Below, one piece after another: positions 1 to 7,744 of a stretch of 15,619 nucleotides of DNA (its first letter is position 1; every line of letters starts with the position of its first letter). Source of the DNA: a virus. Taxonomy: Duplodnaviria > Heunggongvirae > Uroviricota > Caudoviricetes. A program made the position numbers and the translations under genes. The notes under the pieces were generated by a model. It had not been told where the DNA came from. It searched no databases and worked only from the letters and a program-made list of their open reading frames with translations. Location: positions 1 to 15,619 of IMG/VR virus record IMGVR_UViG_3300035099_000022. One strand, given 5' to 3'.

Positions 1-1
1 C

Positions 2-1924
2 GTAAGCATAGCCGCTGTCCCAAGCTCCGCGCCAGACTAAGCCGGGATCGCCTTGCGGTCCTTGCTCGCCTTGCGGTCCTTGCTCGCCTTGCGGTCCTTG
101 CTCGCCTTGCGGTCCTTGCTCGCCTTGTGGTCCTTGCTCGCCTTGCGGCCCCTGTGGCCCTTGCTCGCCTTGCGGTCCTTGCTCGCCTTGCGGTCCTTGC
201 GCGCCTTGCGGCCCCTGTGGCCCTTGCGGCCCCTGTGGCCCTTGCTCGCCTTGCGGTCCTTGCTCGCCTTGCGGTCCTTGCGCGCCTTTGGCAGCCAACA
301 CATTCCAGTAACTCGCGTTGGGCGGTTGCTGATTGGTGTTGGCTTGAATGCAGACGTAAGATGAGCCATTGCATTCAACAGCGTCATCTACGACGTAAGC
401 ATAGCCGCTGTCCCAAGCTCCGCGCCAGACTAAGCCGGGATCACCCTTGTCGCCCTTGTCGCCCTTGTCGCCCTTGTCACCTTTGTCACCTTTTGCACCT
501 GGACTTCCACTGCCACCACCACCACCCGCGCCAGTTTTACCAGGTTCACCTTTTGCAGCCAACACGTCCCAGTTTGTATTGCTTGTTGCTGTTGCAGGCG
601 GTCGTGCGATATTTGTCGGCTTGATACAAACAAAGGCGCTGCCCTTGTAGTGGACTGCATCGTCGGTGCTATAGGAAACACCAGGTTGCCACGCCCCTCG
701 CCATGTTAGACCCTGCTTGCCTTGCGGCCCCTGCGGCCCCTGCAGCCCCTGCGGCCCCTGTTGGCCTTCCCGTCCTTCCGGCCCCTGTGGGCCTTCCGGC
801 CCCTGTGGGCCTTCCGGCCCCTGTGGGCCTTCCGGCCCCTGTGGGCCTTCCGGTCCCTGCGGTCCCTGCGATCCCTGCGGGCCTTCCGGCCCCTGCGGGC
901 CTTGTGGGCCTTCCGGCCCCTGTGGGCCTTGTGGGCCTTCCGGCCCCTGTGGTCCCTGTGGGCCTTCCGGCCCTTGTGGGCCTTCCGGCCCCTGTGGTCC
1001 CTGTGGTCCCTGTGGGCCTTCCGGCCCTTGTGGGCCTTCCGGCCCTTGTGGGCCTTCTGGCCCCTGTGGTCCCTGTGGGCCTGGCTGTCCATCTATGCCA
1101 TCGCGACCGGGTTTTCCTTCCAGCCCCTGCGGGCCTTCCGGCCCCTGTGGGCCTTCTGGCCCCTGCGGGCCTTCCGGCCCCTGCGGGCCTTCCGGCCCCT
1201 GCGGGCCTTCCGGCCCCTGCGGGCCTTCCGGCCCCTGCGGGCCTTCTGGCCCCTGCGGGCCTTCCGGCCCCTGTGGGCCTTGTGGGCCTTCCGGCCCCTG
1301 TGGGCCTTGTGGGCCTTCCGGCCCCTGTGGGCCTTGTGGGCCTTCCGGCCCTTGTGGCCCCTGTGGGCCTTCTGGCCCCTGTGGGCCTTCCGGCCCCTGT
1401 GGGCCTTGCGGACCTTCCGGCCCCTGTGGGCCTTGCGGACCTTCCGGCCCTGGTTGTCCATCTACGCCGTTGCGACCAGGTTTTCCTTCCGGTCCTTCTG
1501 GCCCTTGTGGGCCTTGTGGGCCTTCCGGCCCTTCCGGCCCTTGCGGCCCTTGCGGCCCTGGTTGTCCATTCATGCCATCATGACCAGGTTTTCCTTCTGG
1601 CCCTTGCGGCCCTTGCGGCCCTTGCGGCCCTTGCGGCCCTTGCGGCCCTTGCGGCCCTTGCGGCCCTTGCGGCCCTTGCGGCCCTTCTGGCCCTTGCGGC
1701 CCTTGCGGCCCTTGCGGGCCTTCGGGTCCAAATTGGTCTACAAGTTCCCTGACTCGATCATCAATTTGGCAAACGAACGTGTGGAGTTTTAGAACGCCAT
1801 TTTCCACGGCCACAATTTCTTGTGCCATAAACTGCAAATCAGCCGGCGTTGGTGCGTCAATAATGCCAGACTCCCAAGTCGAGGGCCAAATGCCATTCCA
1901 TACTTGTTCAGGAAAGTGTGCCAT
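2..1924 (-). CDS. Collagen-like (G-X-Y) repeat protein with CBM5/12 (ChtBD3)-like modules; probable fibre/adhesin; 3' partial, at least 641 aa
   Basis: Manual translation from ATG 1924 (SD GAGGAGG upstream): [20 protein letters not shown]...DQF, then long GPQ/GPE triplets. Modules read [26 protein letters not shown]...WDVLAAKG and [26 protein letters not shown]...YWNVLAAKG; a third begins at the left edge. No stop seen in the segments translated. Missing from the ORF track because its stop lies outside the window. Confidence 0.9.
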   Translation of the reverse strand, partial: MAHFPEQVWNGIWPSTWESGIIDAPTPADLQFMAQEIVAVENGVLKLHTFVCQIDDRVRELVDQFGPEGPQGPQGPQGPEGPQGPQGPQGPQGPQGPQGPQGPQGPQGPEGKPGHDGMNGQPGPQGPQGPEGPEGPQGPQGPEGPEGKPGRNGVDGQPGPEGPQGPQGPEGPQGPQGPEGPQGPEGPQGPQGPEGPQGPQGPEGPQGPQGPEGPQGPQGPEGPQGPEGPQGPEGPQGPEGPQGPEGPQGPEGPQGPEGPQGPEGPQGLEGKPGRDGIDGQPGPQGPQGPEGPQGPEGPQGPEGPQGPQGPQGPEGPQGPEGPQGPQGPEGPQGPQGPEGPQGPQGPEGPQGSQGPQGPEGPQGPEGPQGPEGPQGPEGPQGPEGREGQQGPQGLQGPQGPQGKQGLTWRGAWQPGVSYSTDDAVHYKGSAFVCIKPTNIARPPATATSNTNWDVLAAKGEPGKTGAGGGGGSGSPGAKGDKGDKGDKGDKGDKGDPGLVWRGAWDSGYAYVVDDAVECNGSSYVCIQANTNQQPPNASYWNVLAAKGAQGPQGEQGPQGEQGPQGPQGPQGPQGAQGPQGEQGPQGEQGPQGPQGEQGPQGEQGPQGEQGPQGEQGPQGEQGPQGDPGLVWRGAWDSGYAY

Positions 1925-1941
1925 TTATCTTCCTCCTCAGT

Positions 1942-2007
1942 TTGTCTCCGGTTGTCTCCGGTTGTCTCCGGTTGTCTCCGGTTGTCTCCGGTTGTCTCCG
2001 GTTGTCT
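1942..2007. repeat. 10-nt tandem repeat (GTTGTCTCCG, about 6.5 copies), intergenic
   Basis: Read directly. The minus-strand unit CGGAGACAAC contains GGAG, and the array abuts the collagen-gene RBS. Confidence 0.95.
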
Positions 2008-2099
2008 TTTGTCAACCTGGGTATTGACTAATTGCGAGATGACTTATCGATTTCAACAACGCTTCATAGTTCCGACAACGTTTTTCCCGGCTGATCGTC

Positions 2100-2219
2100 G
2101 TCGTTGGCTCAATCTTCATTGGCTCAATCTTCATTGGCTCAATTTTCGTCGGCTCGATCATCGTCAGCTTGATTGTCGTCAGCTTGATCTTCGTAGACTC
2201 GATTTTTGTCGGCTCGATT
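2100..2219. repeat. Degenerate 15-nt tandem repeat x8 spanning the end of the Zn-ribbon gene
   Basis: Minus-strand units AATCGAGCCGACAAA, AATCGAGTCTACGAA, GATCAAGCTGACGAC ... GATTGAGCCAACGAC. Confidence 0.9.
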
Positions 2220-2531
2220 TCGTAGTGCAACAAACATTTCGATGATCGCGTGAGCGGCGTGCCGCCGGATAATGTGGGTACGTTGCAAGTCAGCCTCAGT
2301 GGCGTTGCCGGCATCATAAATTTGCTCAGCCAGTAATTCATTACGGCACACGTCACGATACAGTTCGAGAGTCTGCGCGGCAGCTAATACAGGGTTGAAT
2401 ACGTCGTTTTTCGGTGGCACCGGCAGAACTTCTTGTTGGTCGCCCCACCAGCCGCAGACTTCACACAAGCGGTCGGCATCTCGGCTGCTCTCTAACGGTG
2501 CTGTACAACGGGGACAGAACTCAGCCATCAT
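2139..2531 (-). CDS. Hypothetical protein with N-terminal Zn ribbon (CPRC...CEVC)
   Basis: MMAEFCPRCTAPLESSRDADRLCEVCGWW. The ATG at 2531 overlaps the upstream stop (ATGA), so it is preferred over 2546. Confidence 0.75.
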   Translation of the reverse strand: MMAEFCPRCTAPLESSRDADRLCEVCGWWGDQQEVLPVPPKNDVFNPVLAAAQTLELYRDVCRNELLAEQIYDAGNATEADLQRTHIIRRHAAHAIIEMFVALRNRADKNRVYEDQADDNQADDDRADEN

Positions 2532-3295
2532 AGTTCCAGTTCGCAAGAGGCGTTGTGCTTGTTGTGCTTAGTGTGCTTAGGGCGCTTAGTATGCTTAGTA
2601 CGCTTAGTGCGCTTAGTGCGCTTCGCGGCAGGCTTCTTTCGTGTTTTTGCCGCTTTCTCGACATGTCGGGTTTCAGCATTCTTTGATCGAGTGTGACGGG
2701 TCCGTCGAGTTGTTGAGTTGCCCTCGGTCGAGGCCATTTTAGTAGATGCAGCAGAAGGTTCTGAAATCTTGATAAAGTCGTCGGAGCCGGATGCATCAAA
2801 GCCGGATGCGTCAGAACCGGATGCGTCAGAACCGGATGCGTCAGAACCGGATGCGTCAGAACCGGATGCGGTGCATGACTCATCGTTACGGTACTTTGCC
2901 GGCTGATTATTAGTCAAAATGGTATATAGCCGGCGGTTCAATTTCTTCCGTGTCCACAGTGGCAAGCCGAAGGGCAGCTTGCCGAATAGTTCCTTTAAGG
3001 CTCGGACACCCGCGGCCTCAATGGCCTTTGTCCAGAGTCGCTTGTGTTTCTCGCATTCTTTCTCAGCCTTCTTTAGCGTCTTTATTAGCCGATGGCTGCG
3101 ATTCACAAAATCCCACACCGGGCGCAATTGGCCATCGCTGTAGGGGACCAACATCCGCACACATGCTTGGTAACGGGCCGGCACTTGGACGCCGTAGATC
3201 TCCTTGCGCCAAGTAATCCTGTAGCCCTCTTCTGAGAACCATGTCTTACGGACCTTCTGGTTCTGACCACGTTTCTTCTTGCGAATGAAGTTCAT
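2528..3295 (-). CDS. Hypothetical protein with (ASGSD)n linker and Lys/Arg/His-rich tail
   Basis: 255-aa ORF with a globular-looking N-terminal half and a low-complexity, basic C-terminal half. Fits between its neighbours. Confidence 0.75.
   Translation of the reverse strand: MNFIRKKKRGQNQKVRKTWFSEEGYRITWRKEIYGVQVPARYQACVRMLVPYSDGQLRPVWDFVNRSHRLIKTLKKAEKECEKHKRLWTKAIEAAGVRALKELFGKLPFGLPLWTRKKLNRRLYTILTNNQPAKYRNDESCTASGSDASGSDASGSDASGSDASGFDASGSDDFIKISEPSAASTKMASTEGNSTTRRTRHTRSKNAETRHVEKAAKTRKKPAAKRTKRTKRTKHTKRPKHTKHNKHNASCELEL
2552..2623. repeat. In-frame 9-nt repeat x8 (K-R/H-T/N)
   Basis: Minus-strand AAGCGCACT-type units encode KRTKRTKRTKHTKRPKHTKHNKHN. Confidence 0.9.
2780..2869. repeat. 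In-frame 15-nt repeat x6 (ASGSD)
   Basis: Minus-strand GCATCCGGTTCTGAC x4 plus two variant copies. Confidence 0.95.
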
Positions 3296-3298
3296 GGC

Positions 3299-3472
3299 TT
3301 AGCTTCCCTTACGTTTGACATAGGCGTCGAACGCTGAGCCAACTGCCATCGGCGGCGGCGTCTGCGGTAGCCGAGGGGCGGCATGTCCGAAAGATACTTG
3401 ACGTAGAACTCATCGGCGTCTTTCTCAAAGAGCGACAAAAACCGAGTAGCTGAGAGACTTCGGGATTCTCAT
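3299..3472 (-). pseudogene. Frameshifted, truncated N-terminal remnant resembling phage PD-(D/E)XK (RecB/Cas4-like) exonucleases
   Basis: Joining frames gives MRIPKSLSYS / VLSLFEKDADEFYVKYLSDM / PRLPQTPPPMAVGSAFDAYVK. This resembles the 'LSYS..S.F....YY..YL....PQT..MA.GSAF' start I associate with that family. It needs two frameshifts (one in a T5 run), and the start frame hits TGA after 15 codons. Confidence 0.55.
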
Positions 3473-3475
3473 GGA

Positions 3476-3910
3476 TCACTTTCGATAACAGTGGAACTTG
3501 TGAAAGCCGCGTTTGAGTTGGGCGGCACAACAGCCGGTGAAGTAGGCCAGGTTCTCTTCCGCCTCATTGGTTTCCTTGGCAAGGCGCAGGCAACGGCCGG
3601 CGCGCCGCAGGTAGCCCGTTGCCATGTGGACCGCCTCGTGGGCCTGGGTTTCCATGCACAGTTGCGTGCGGGCGAACAGGACGTAGCCCAGGGAAGGGTC
3701 GCTTCTCCATTTCCTACGAAGGAACCACTGCCGCTCTTGTGGCATGACGATTGCGCCGAAGCGGTCGTCATGGTCATTGGTGATGTTGAGTTGATGGAAA
3801 CCTTGCCGCATGTGGCTCTTGTTGGCGAATACCAACACGGTCCAGTAATGCGGCGACCGCCGGCCGGCGGGAAAGACCTTGAAACGGGCGATCTCGCCGG
3901 CCAGCTTCAT
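3476..3910 (-). CDS. HExxH-motif protein (putative zincin-like metallopeptidase)
   Basis: HEAVH motif followed by EENLAY. The ATG at 3910 (MKLAGEIARF) is preferred because the ORF-track extension to 4018 looks non-coding. Confidence 0.65.
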   Translation of the reverse strand: MKLAGEIARFKVFPAGRRSPHYWTVLVFANKSHMRQGFHQLNITNDHDDRFGAIVMPQERQWFLRRKWRSDPSLGYVLFARTQLCMETQAHEAVHMATGYLRRAGRCLRLAKETNEAEENLAYFTGCCAAQLKRGFHKFHCYRK

Positions 3911-4014
3911 GCCTTCACACTTGCTGTCGTGGGGCCGTCTGGGACCGGGCCAATGACCTCGGCCACCTTGGCGTCGATGCGCTCTTGGACCTCGGTGGAC
4001 GCTTGAGTCAGGTT

Positions 4015-4614
4015 TCACTTCTTCTGCTTCACGGTGGTTATCTTCTGATTGGCGGGGACGTGCTCACCCATCCAGTCAAAGAAGTACCAGCGGTTGAGGC
4101 AGTCGATAACTGGGTCGTGGGCGATGTGTCGAAGGTAGCGTTTTACTTCGTCCCAAGTTGAAAAGATCATCTCGAAGGGAAGCACACCGAAGAGCCAATC
4201 AGGTGTGTGCTCAATACCTTGCTCGACGCGCACAAGGATGGGCTTCTTCATTCGGTTTGCCCAAGTTAGTTCCTCATAGGTGCCACATGCGTGGACGCGA
4301 AGATCAAGATTGACTACAAGGAAATCGGCGATGTCCACCATTCGCAGATCGACGGGGCGAATCTGCTTCATCTGGTTGCGGACGAATTCATAGTTACCGG
4401 CACATTTTGCTTTCTGGCGCAGGATACGGTTTTCCAAGTCTTCACCGCCAATGTTGATAGGTTTGCGCGTTGGGTCTAACCAGAGGATTTTCAGGTCTTT
4501 TAGGCTTTCGATCAGGTCTTGGCGCCAGCCGATGCCGCCATCCGTTGTGCGATCCATTGCACCACAGAGATAGCCGCGATTCAGCGCCAGTCGGTTCATT
4601 TTGTGTTTGCTCAC
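4015..4614 (-). CDS. Nucleoside 2-deoxyribosyltransferase-like / dNMP N-glycosidase family protein
   Basis: GYLCGAM, DP, DLRMVDIADFLVV, GTYEELTWA...KKP match the NDT/DNPH1 fold motifs. GTGA overlap with deoC. Confidence 0.75.
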   Translation of the reverse strand: MSKHKMNRLALNRGYLCGAMDRTTDGGIGWRQDLIESLKDLKILWLDPTRKPINIGGEDLENRILRQKAKCAGNYEFVRNQMKQIRPVDLRMVDIADFLVVNLDLRVHACGTYEELTWANRMKKPILVRVEQGIEHTPDWLFGVLPFEMIFSTWDEVKRYLRHIAHDPVIDCLNRWYFFDWMGEHVPANQKITTVKQKK

Positions 4615-5258
4615 GGCAACAATTCCTTGTAGTATGAGGAACCGATCCGTGTGCAGCCTAGGTTTAAATAGCGAGCGGCATCGGCATAGGTCTTGATTCC
4701 ACCGCTGGCTTTGACCTGGGCTTTGCCTTTCACAGCTTTAAGTATGGTTCGGACGGCTTCGGGAGTTGCGCCGCCGGCTGCGAAGCCGGTGGAGGTCTTT
4801 ACGAAGTCCACGCCACAGAAAACGCATATTCGGCAGGCTGCTTGAATCTGATTCGGTTGGTAGTAGCAGGTCTCCAAGATGGCTTTGATTTTTACACCGT
4901 GTTTTCGGGCCATGCTGACAAGGGTGCGCAATTCGTGGACCATTACTCCGCGTTGGCCGTCCAGAAAACGGCCGTAGTTGACCACCACGTCGATTTCGGT
5001 GGCTCCACAACTTATGGCTATTGCTGCCTCATGGAGCTTCACGAACGGCAGTGTGTTGCCATGCGGGAAGCCGATGACAGCACAGACTCGTGGCGTGTAG
5101 AGGCGGGCCAATTTTACATTACAAGGGGCTACACACAGGTTGCGGATATTCTCGCGGGTCACCAACCGTGCGGCTCGTCGGATTTCGTTGACAGTGGCCT
5201 CGGGCTTAAGTACCGCCAAGTCCAAGGCATCCGCGATCTGTTTCTTTGTATAGTTCAT
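4611..5258 (-). CDS. deoC: Deoxyribose-phosphate aldolase (DERA)
   Basis: LKP, VIGFPHG, GATEIDVVVN, KAILET, DFVKTSTGF (Schiff-base Lys), VKASGGIKT, RIGSS. Confidence 0.95.
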   Translation of the reverse strand: MNYTKKQIADALDLAVLKPEATVNEIRRAARLVTRENIRNLCVAPCNVKLARLYTPRVCAVIGFPHGNTLPFVKLHEAAIAISCGATEIDVVVNYGRFLDGQRGVMVHELRTLVSMARKHGVKIKAILETCYYQPNQIQAACRICVFCGVDFVKTSTGFAAGGATPEAVRTILKAVKGKAQVKASGGIKTYADAARYLNLGCTRIGSSYYKELLP

Positions 5259-5845
5259 TGCAGGGCTTCTTCTGGCAGAAAGTAGTGTGGATGCACCCCT
5301 TTGACGTTGAAAACTAAGATTTCGACGTGAAACTCCACTTCGGAAAAGATGTTCAAGGGCAGGGTAATGATCGAGGTAATCTGTGCCTTGGTATCACGTA
5401 GCCATCGCCAGCGGGTGCTGTGCTTGCGTTGGTTCAGTCGTAGACCCATCGGAGTGAAAAGTATGAGAGGCACCTTCGCGCCGAACAGTTTGAAGGTGTG
5501 CCGCAAAAAGACCTCGGGGTATAACTGTTTGCTCGGCGCGCCGTTGAATGGCGGATTGCATAGGATCAGGTCTGGCCGGTCCAGACGCTCTAAATCTTCG
5601 TAGCGGCTTAGATGAAACGAATGACATCTGGGTTTGTAGTCAACAACATCCACGCCTGTGATGTGGCAACCAGCTTCGTACCAAGGGTCTGTGAGTCGTC
5701 CTGTACCGATGGCGGGGTCCAAGATGTGTGCCTGAGCTTGGTTCAACACGTTGAATAGGAATCGGGCCACGCTGGACGGTGTATACACGGTGCTGGACTT
5801 AGGGTTATTATTGTAGTTGTTGCGTCTAACTGTCAAGACCGGCAT
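5255..5845 (-). CDS. Orphan amino-DNA methyltransferase (probably N6-adenine), motif I before motif IV
   Basis: YTP, ILDPAIGTGRL (motif I), LCNPPF (motif IV). Start ATG 5845 has AAGGTG upstream. Confidence 0.85.
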   Translation of the reverse strand: MPVLTVRRNNYNNNPKSSTVYTPSSVARFLFNVLNQAQAHILDPAIGTGRLTDPWYEAGCHITGVDVVDYKPRCHSFHLSRYEDLERLDRPDLILCNPPFNGAPSKQLYPEVFLRHTFKLFGAKVPLILFTPMGLRLNQRKHSTRWRWLRDTKAQITSIITLPLNIFSEVEFHVEILVFNVKGVHPHYFLPEEALQ

Positions 5846-6312
5846 CGGCGCACCTTGTAGGATAGGGTCCACAGCTTACGTTCACGCCCGTTGATGTGGC
5901 TGTGGCCGAAATAGGGCCAATAATCGTGCATGGCTTCATGGACTACGACCATTGCTCCGTCTTCTGCGGGCCAAGTGAGCACTTCAGGATCGATGCAGAT
6001 GCCAGGACAGTGTGGCATGTTGATGCCAATGGTTTTCTGCTCATCGAGACCGATGCATGGGGCCACCATGACACTCCATGCGCCCGCGCGGTTGTAACGC
6101 TGGATAGTGTAGTCTAGGATTCCTTGTAAGTCAGCATCGTCGCATTGCTTCCGCATTCGTTTCAAGTGGTCGATGGCTCTGTTGAGCCACGCCTGCTCGT
6201 ATTGATGGTCTCCGCAGAGACCGTACCACAGGCCACCCACGTAAGGCGCGGCGGTCCAGATGAAGACACCCAGTAGAAAGCCGCGAAAGACGGTGCAGGC
6301 GTGGTACTTCAC
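5833..6312 (-). CDS. Membrane-anchored HExxH protein (putative metallopeptidase)
   Basis: Hydrophobic N-terminal segment FLLGVFIWTAAPYVGGLW and motif VVHEAMHDYWPYFGHSH. The GTG at 6312 overlaps the ligase stop (GTGA). Confidence 0.65.
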   Translation of the reverse strand: MKYHACTVFRGFLLGVFIWTAAPYVGGLWYGLCGDHQYEQAWLNRAIDHLKRMRKQCDDADLQGILDYTIQRYNRAGAWSVMVAPCIGLDEQKTIGINMPHCPGICIDPEVLTWPAEDGAMVVVHEAMHDYWPYFGHSHINGRERKLWTLSYKVRRCRS

Positions 6313-7454
6313 AGTTCGCCCTCGTCTTTTGCGCCGTGGCGGTTTAAGTAATCTGCTGCGACTGATTTCAAGATCAGTCGGCCGAAGCAACATTGTTGTT
6401 CGACAAGGGGCGTAATTACAATTCCCTCACGGCCCTTGAATCTTGACTTGACTTTATCGGCTACTGTCGTCGGGCCGCACGTTAGTTGATCTACTAATTC
6501 CGGATGAAATGGGCCTTTGTAAAGCAATGGAACCGTTGGTACGTTATAGCGGTCGCAAAAACTTTTGAGCAGCGACCAGTCTTGGTAGGAACCGTTGATG
6601 CTGAGGTCGAAGCATCGCCAGCCGACTTCACCTGCAGGAATCCCGTAGTCTAAATCCTGGATGCCGGGGCCAAATAACTCGCCAAAAAGAATCACGTCGT
6701 CAGTCCGTTCGCCTCGATCACGGTTGCAGAGATCGGTGAGCAAGCCAAGTACACCTGCAAGCCGCGCAGGGTACCAGTAGATGGATTCTTGCCCTTCGGG
6801 CTCGAACCTCTTGCGAGCTGTTTTGTTGGAGCCGGCATAAAATAACCACTTGCCATCGACTTTCAACCAGCCTATGCGCGAGCATGTTCCGTGAATTTTC
6901 TCGGTTATTCTTACAGGCGTTCCTGGCTCTAGCAAGTGTCGGTATTTGCGGTAGTGCTGAATGTCGGTGTAGTGGTGGAAGTTGACTGGCTCCTGGACGA
7001 ATCCGCCCCAAACCGTGCCGCGGTTGATTCGTGCCGGCGGTTCATACTTGATGCCACGGAATTGTTCCGTTACGTCCACACCTGTCACGTCCACACCTGT
7101 TACGCCCCTACCTGTTACGTCCCCGCCCGGTGCCACCGACTTGCTCAGCACTGAGAGCGGTTGAACGAACCCATAGCTGGGCACGCCTCGCAGCCGGCAG
7201 GCTGCCACGCGACATGGTATCCGTTGGTTGTTGTAGGGGGCGGTCTTAAGGTACTTCTGGATACCTAGGGTTTCTGATACGTTGCTGGGGAGGCAGATGT
7301 CCGGTGGGAAATAGATGCATAAGTCACCGACCTTGAATTGACCCTTGACGATTAGCGTCTGTGTGCCGGCTACCTTAGCGATCTCCAGGTGATCTGCGTC
7401 AGGATGTGGCTCGATGGCTTCGATGCGTTCAACAGTGATGTTGACTTCACTCAT
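6309..7454 (-). CDS. ATP-dependent RNA ligase, DRB0094/Rnl5 family
   Basis: N-terminal IEPHPDADHLEIAKV...GQFKVGDLCIYFPPD, KYEPP, motif I TEKIHGT, FGELFGPGIQ, FD, VPLLYKG, REGIVI, LKSV. Confidence 0.9.
   Translation of the reverse strand: MSEVNITVERIEAIEPHPDADHLEIAKVAGTQTLIVKGQFKVGDLCIYFPPDICLPSNVSETLGIQKYLKTAPYNNQRIPCRVAACRLRGVPSYGFVQPLSVLSKSVAPGGDVTGRGVTGVDVTGVDVTEQFRGIKYEPPARINRGTVWGGFVQEPVNFHHYTDIQHYRKYRHLLEPGTPVRITEKIHGTCSRIGWLKVDGKWLFYAGSNKTARKRFEPEGQESIYWYPARLAGVLGLLTDLCNRDRGERTDDVILFGELFGPGIQDLDYGIPAGEVGWRCFDLSINGSYQDWSLLKSFCDRYNVPTVPLLYKGPFHPELVDQLTCGPTTVADKVKSRFKGREGIVITPLVEQQCCFGRLILKSVAADYLNRHGAKDEGEL
7065..7124. repeat. In-frame 15-nt repeat x4 (x-D-V-T-G) inside the RNA ligase
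   Basis: Encodes GDVTG RGVTG VDVTG VDVTE. Confidence 0.85.
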
Positions 7455-7496
7455 GCCTTTTACCCACGCTTTTCACTCACGCTTTTCACTCACGCC
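7446..7496. repeat. 13-nt tandem repeat x4 including the RNA ligase start codon
   Basis: Minus strand reads GGCGTGAGTGAAA AGCGTGAGTGAAA AGCGTGGGTAAA AGGCATGAGTGAA; the last copy carries the ATG. Confidence 0.85.
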
Positions 7497-7533
7497 TATT
7501 GACCGATGTAAAGGTTCGACCGATGTGCAAGTA

Positions 7534-7680
7534 TTAAAGCACCCTCTTCGTCTGTGTGACAATGGCGGCCACGGCCACAATGCCGCAAATGGTGATGATG
7601 GCAACAGGTGCCTCGCAGGTCAGGGTCATGACGACTGCGCCGGCGAGTATGCTAATAATCAAGGTTACGAGTCCGCCCAT
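7534..7680 (-). CDS. Small two-TM membrane protein (48 aa), not in ORF track
   Basis: MGGLVTLIISILAGAVVMTLTCEAPVAIITICGIVAVAAIVTQTKRVL*, with SD CAGGAG 7 nt upstream of the ATG. Confidence 0.7.
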   Translation of the reverse strand: MGGLVTLIISILAGAVVMTLTCEAPVAIITICGIVAVAAIVTQTKRVL

Positions 7681-7688
7681 GTTGGGTC

Positions 7689-7744
7689 TCCTGCGTGAGT
7701 TTCCTGCGTGAGTTTCCTGCGTGAGTTTCCTGCGTGAGTTTCCT
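7689..7744. repeat. 13-nt tandem repeat x4 (TCCTGCGTGAGTT) from a stop codon to the next RBS
   Basis: Minus strand reads TAG GAAACTCACGCAG x3 GAAACTCACGCAGGAG ACCCAAC ATG. Confidence 0.95.

Noticed and set aside
37-1792. Many ORF-track proteins ([30 protein letters not shown] repeats)
   Set aside because: They are shadow frames of the collagen gene, whose real frame (GPQ/GPE, ATG 1924 with strong SD) explains the 9-nt periodicity.
2010-2015. Sigma70 promoter from a perfect TTGACA on the minus strand
   Set aside because: No -10-like hexamer at 16-18 nt spacing; the repeat array occupies that position.
2012-2356. 114-aa minus-strand ORF (IEPTK repeats)
   Set aside because: It overlaps the better-supported Zn-ribbon gene in another frame and is mostly repeat-derived. 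A 35-40-aa tail ORF from ATG 2119/2134 cannot be excluded but lacks an SD.
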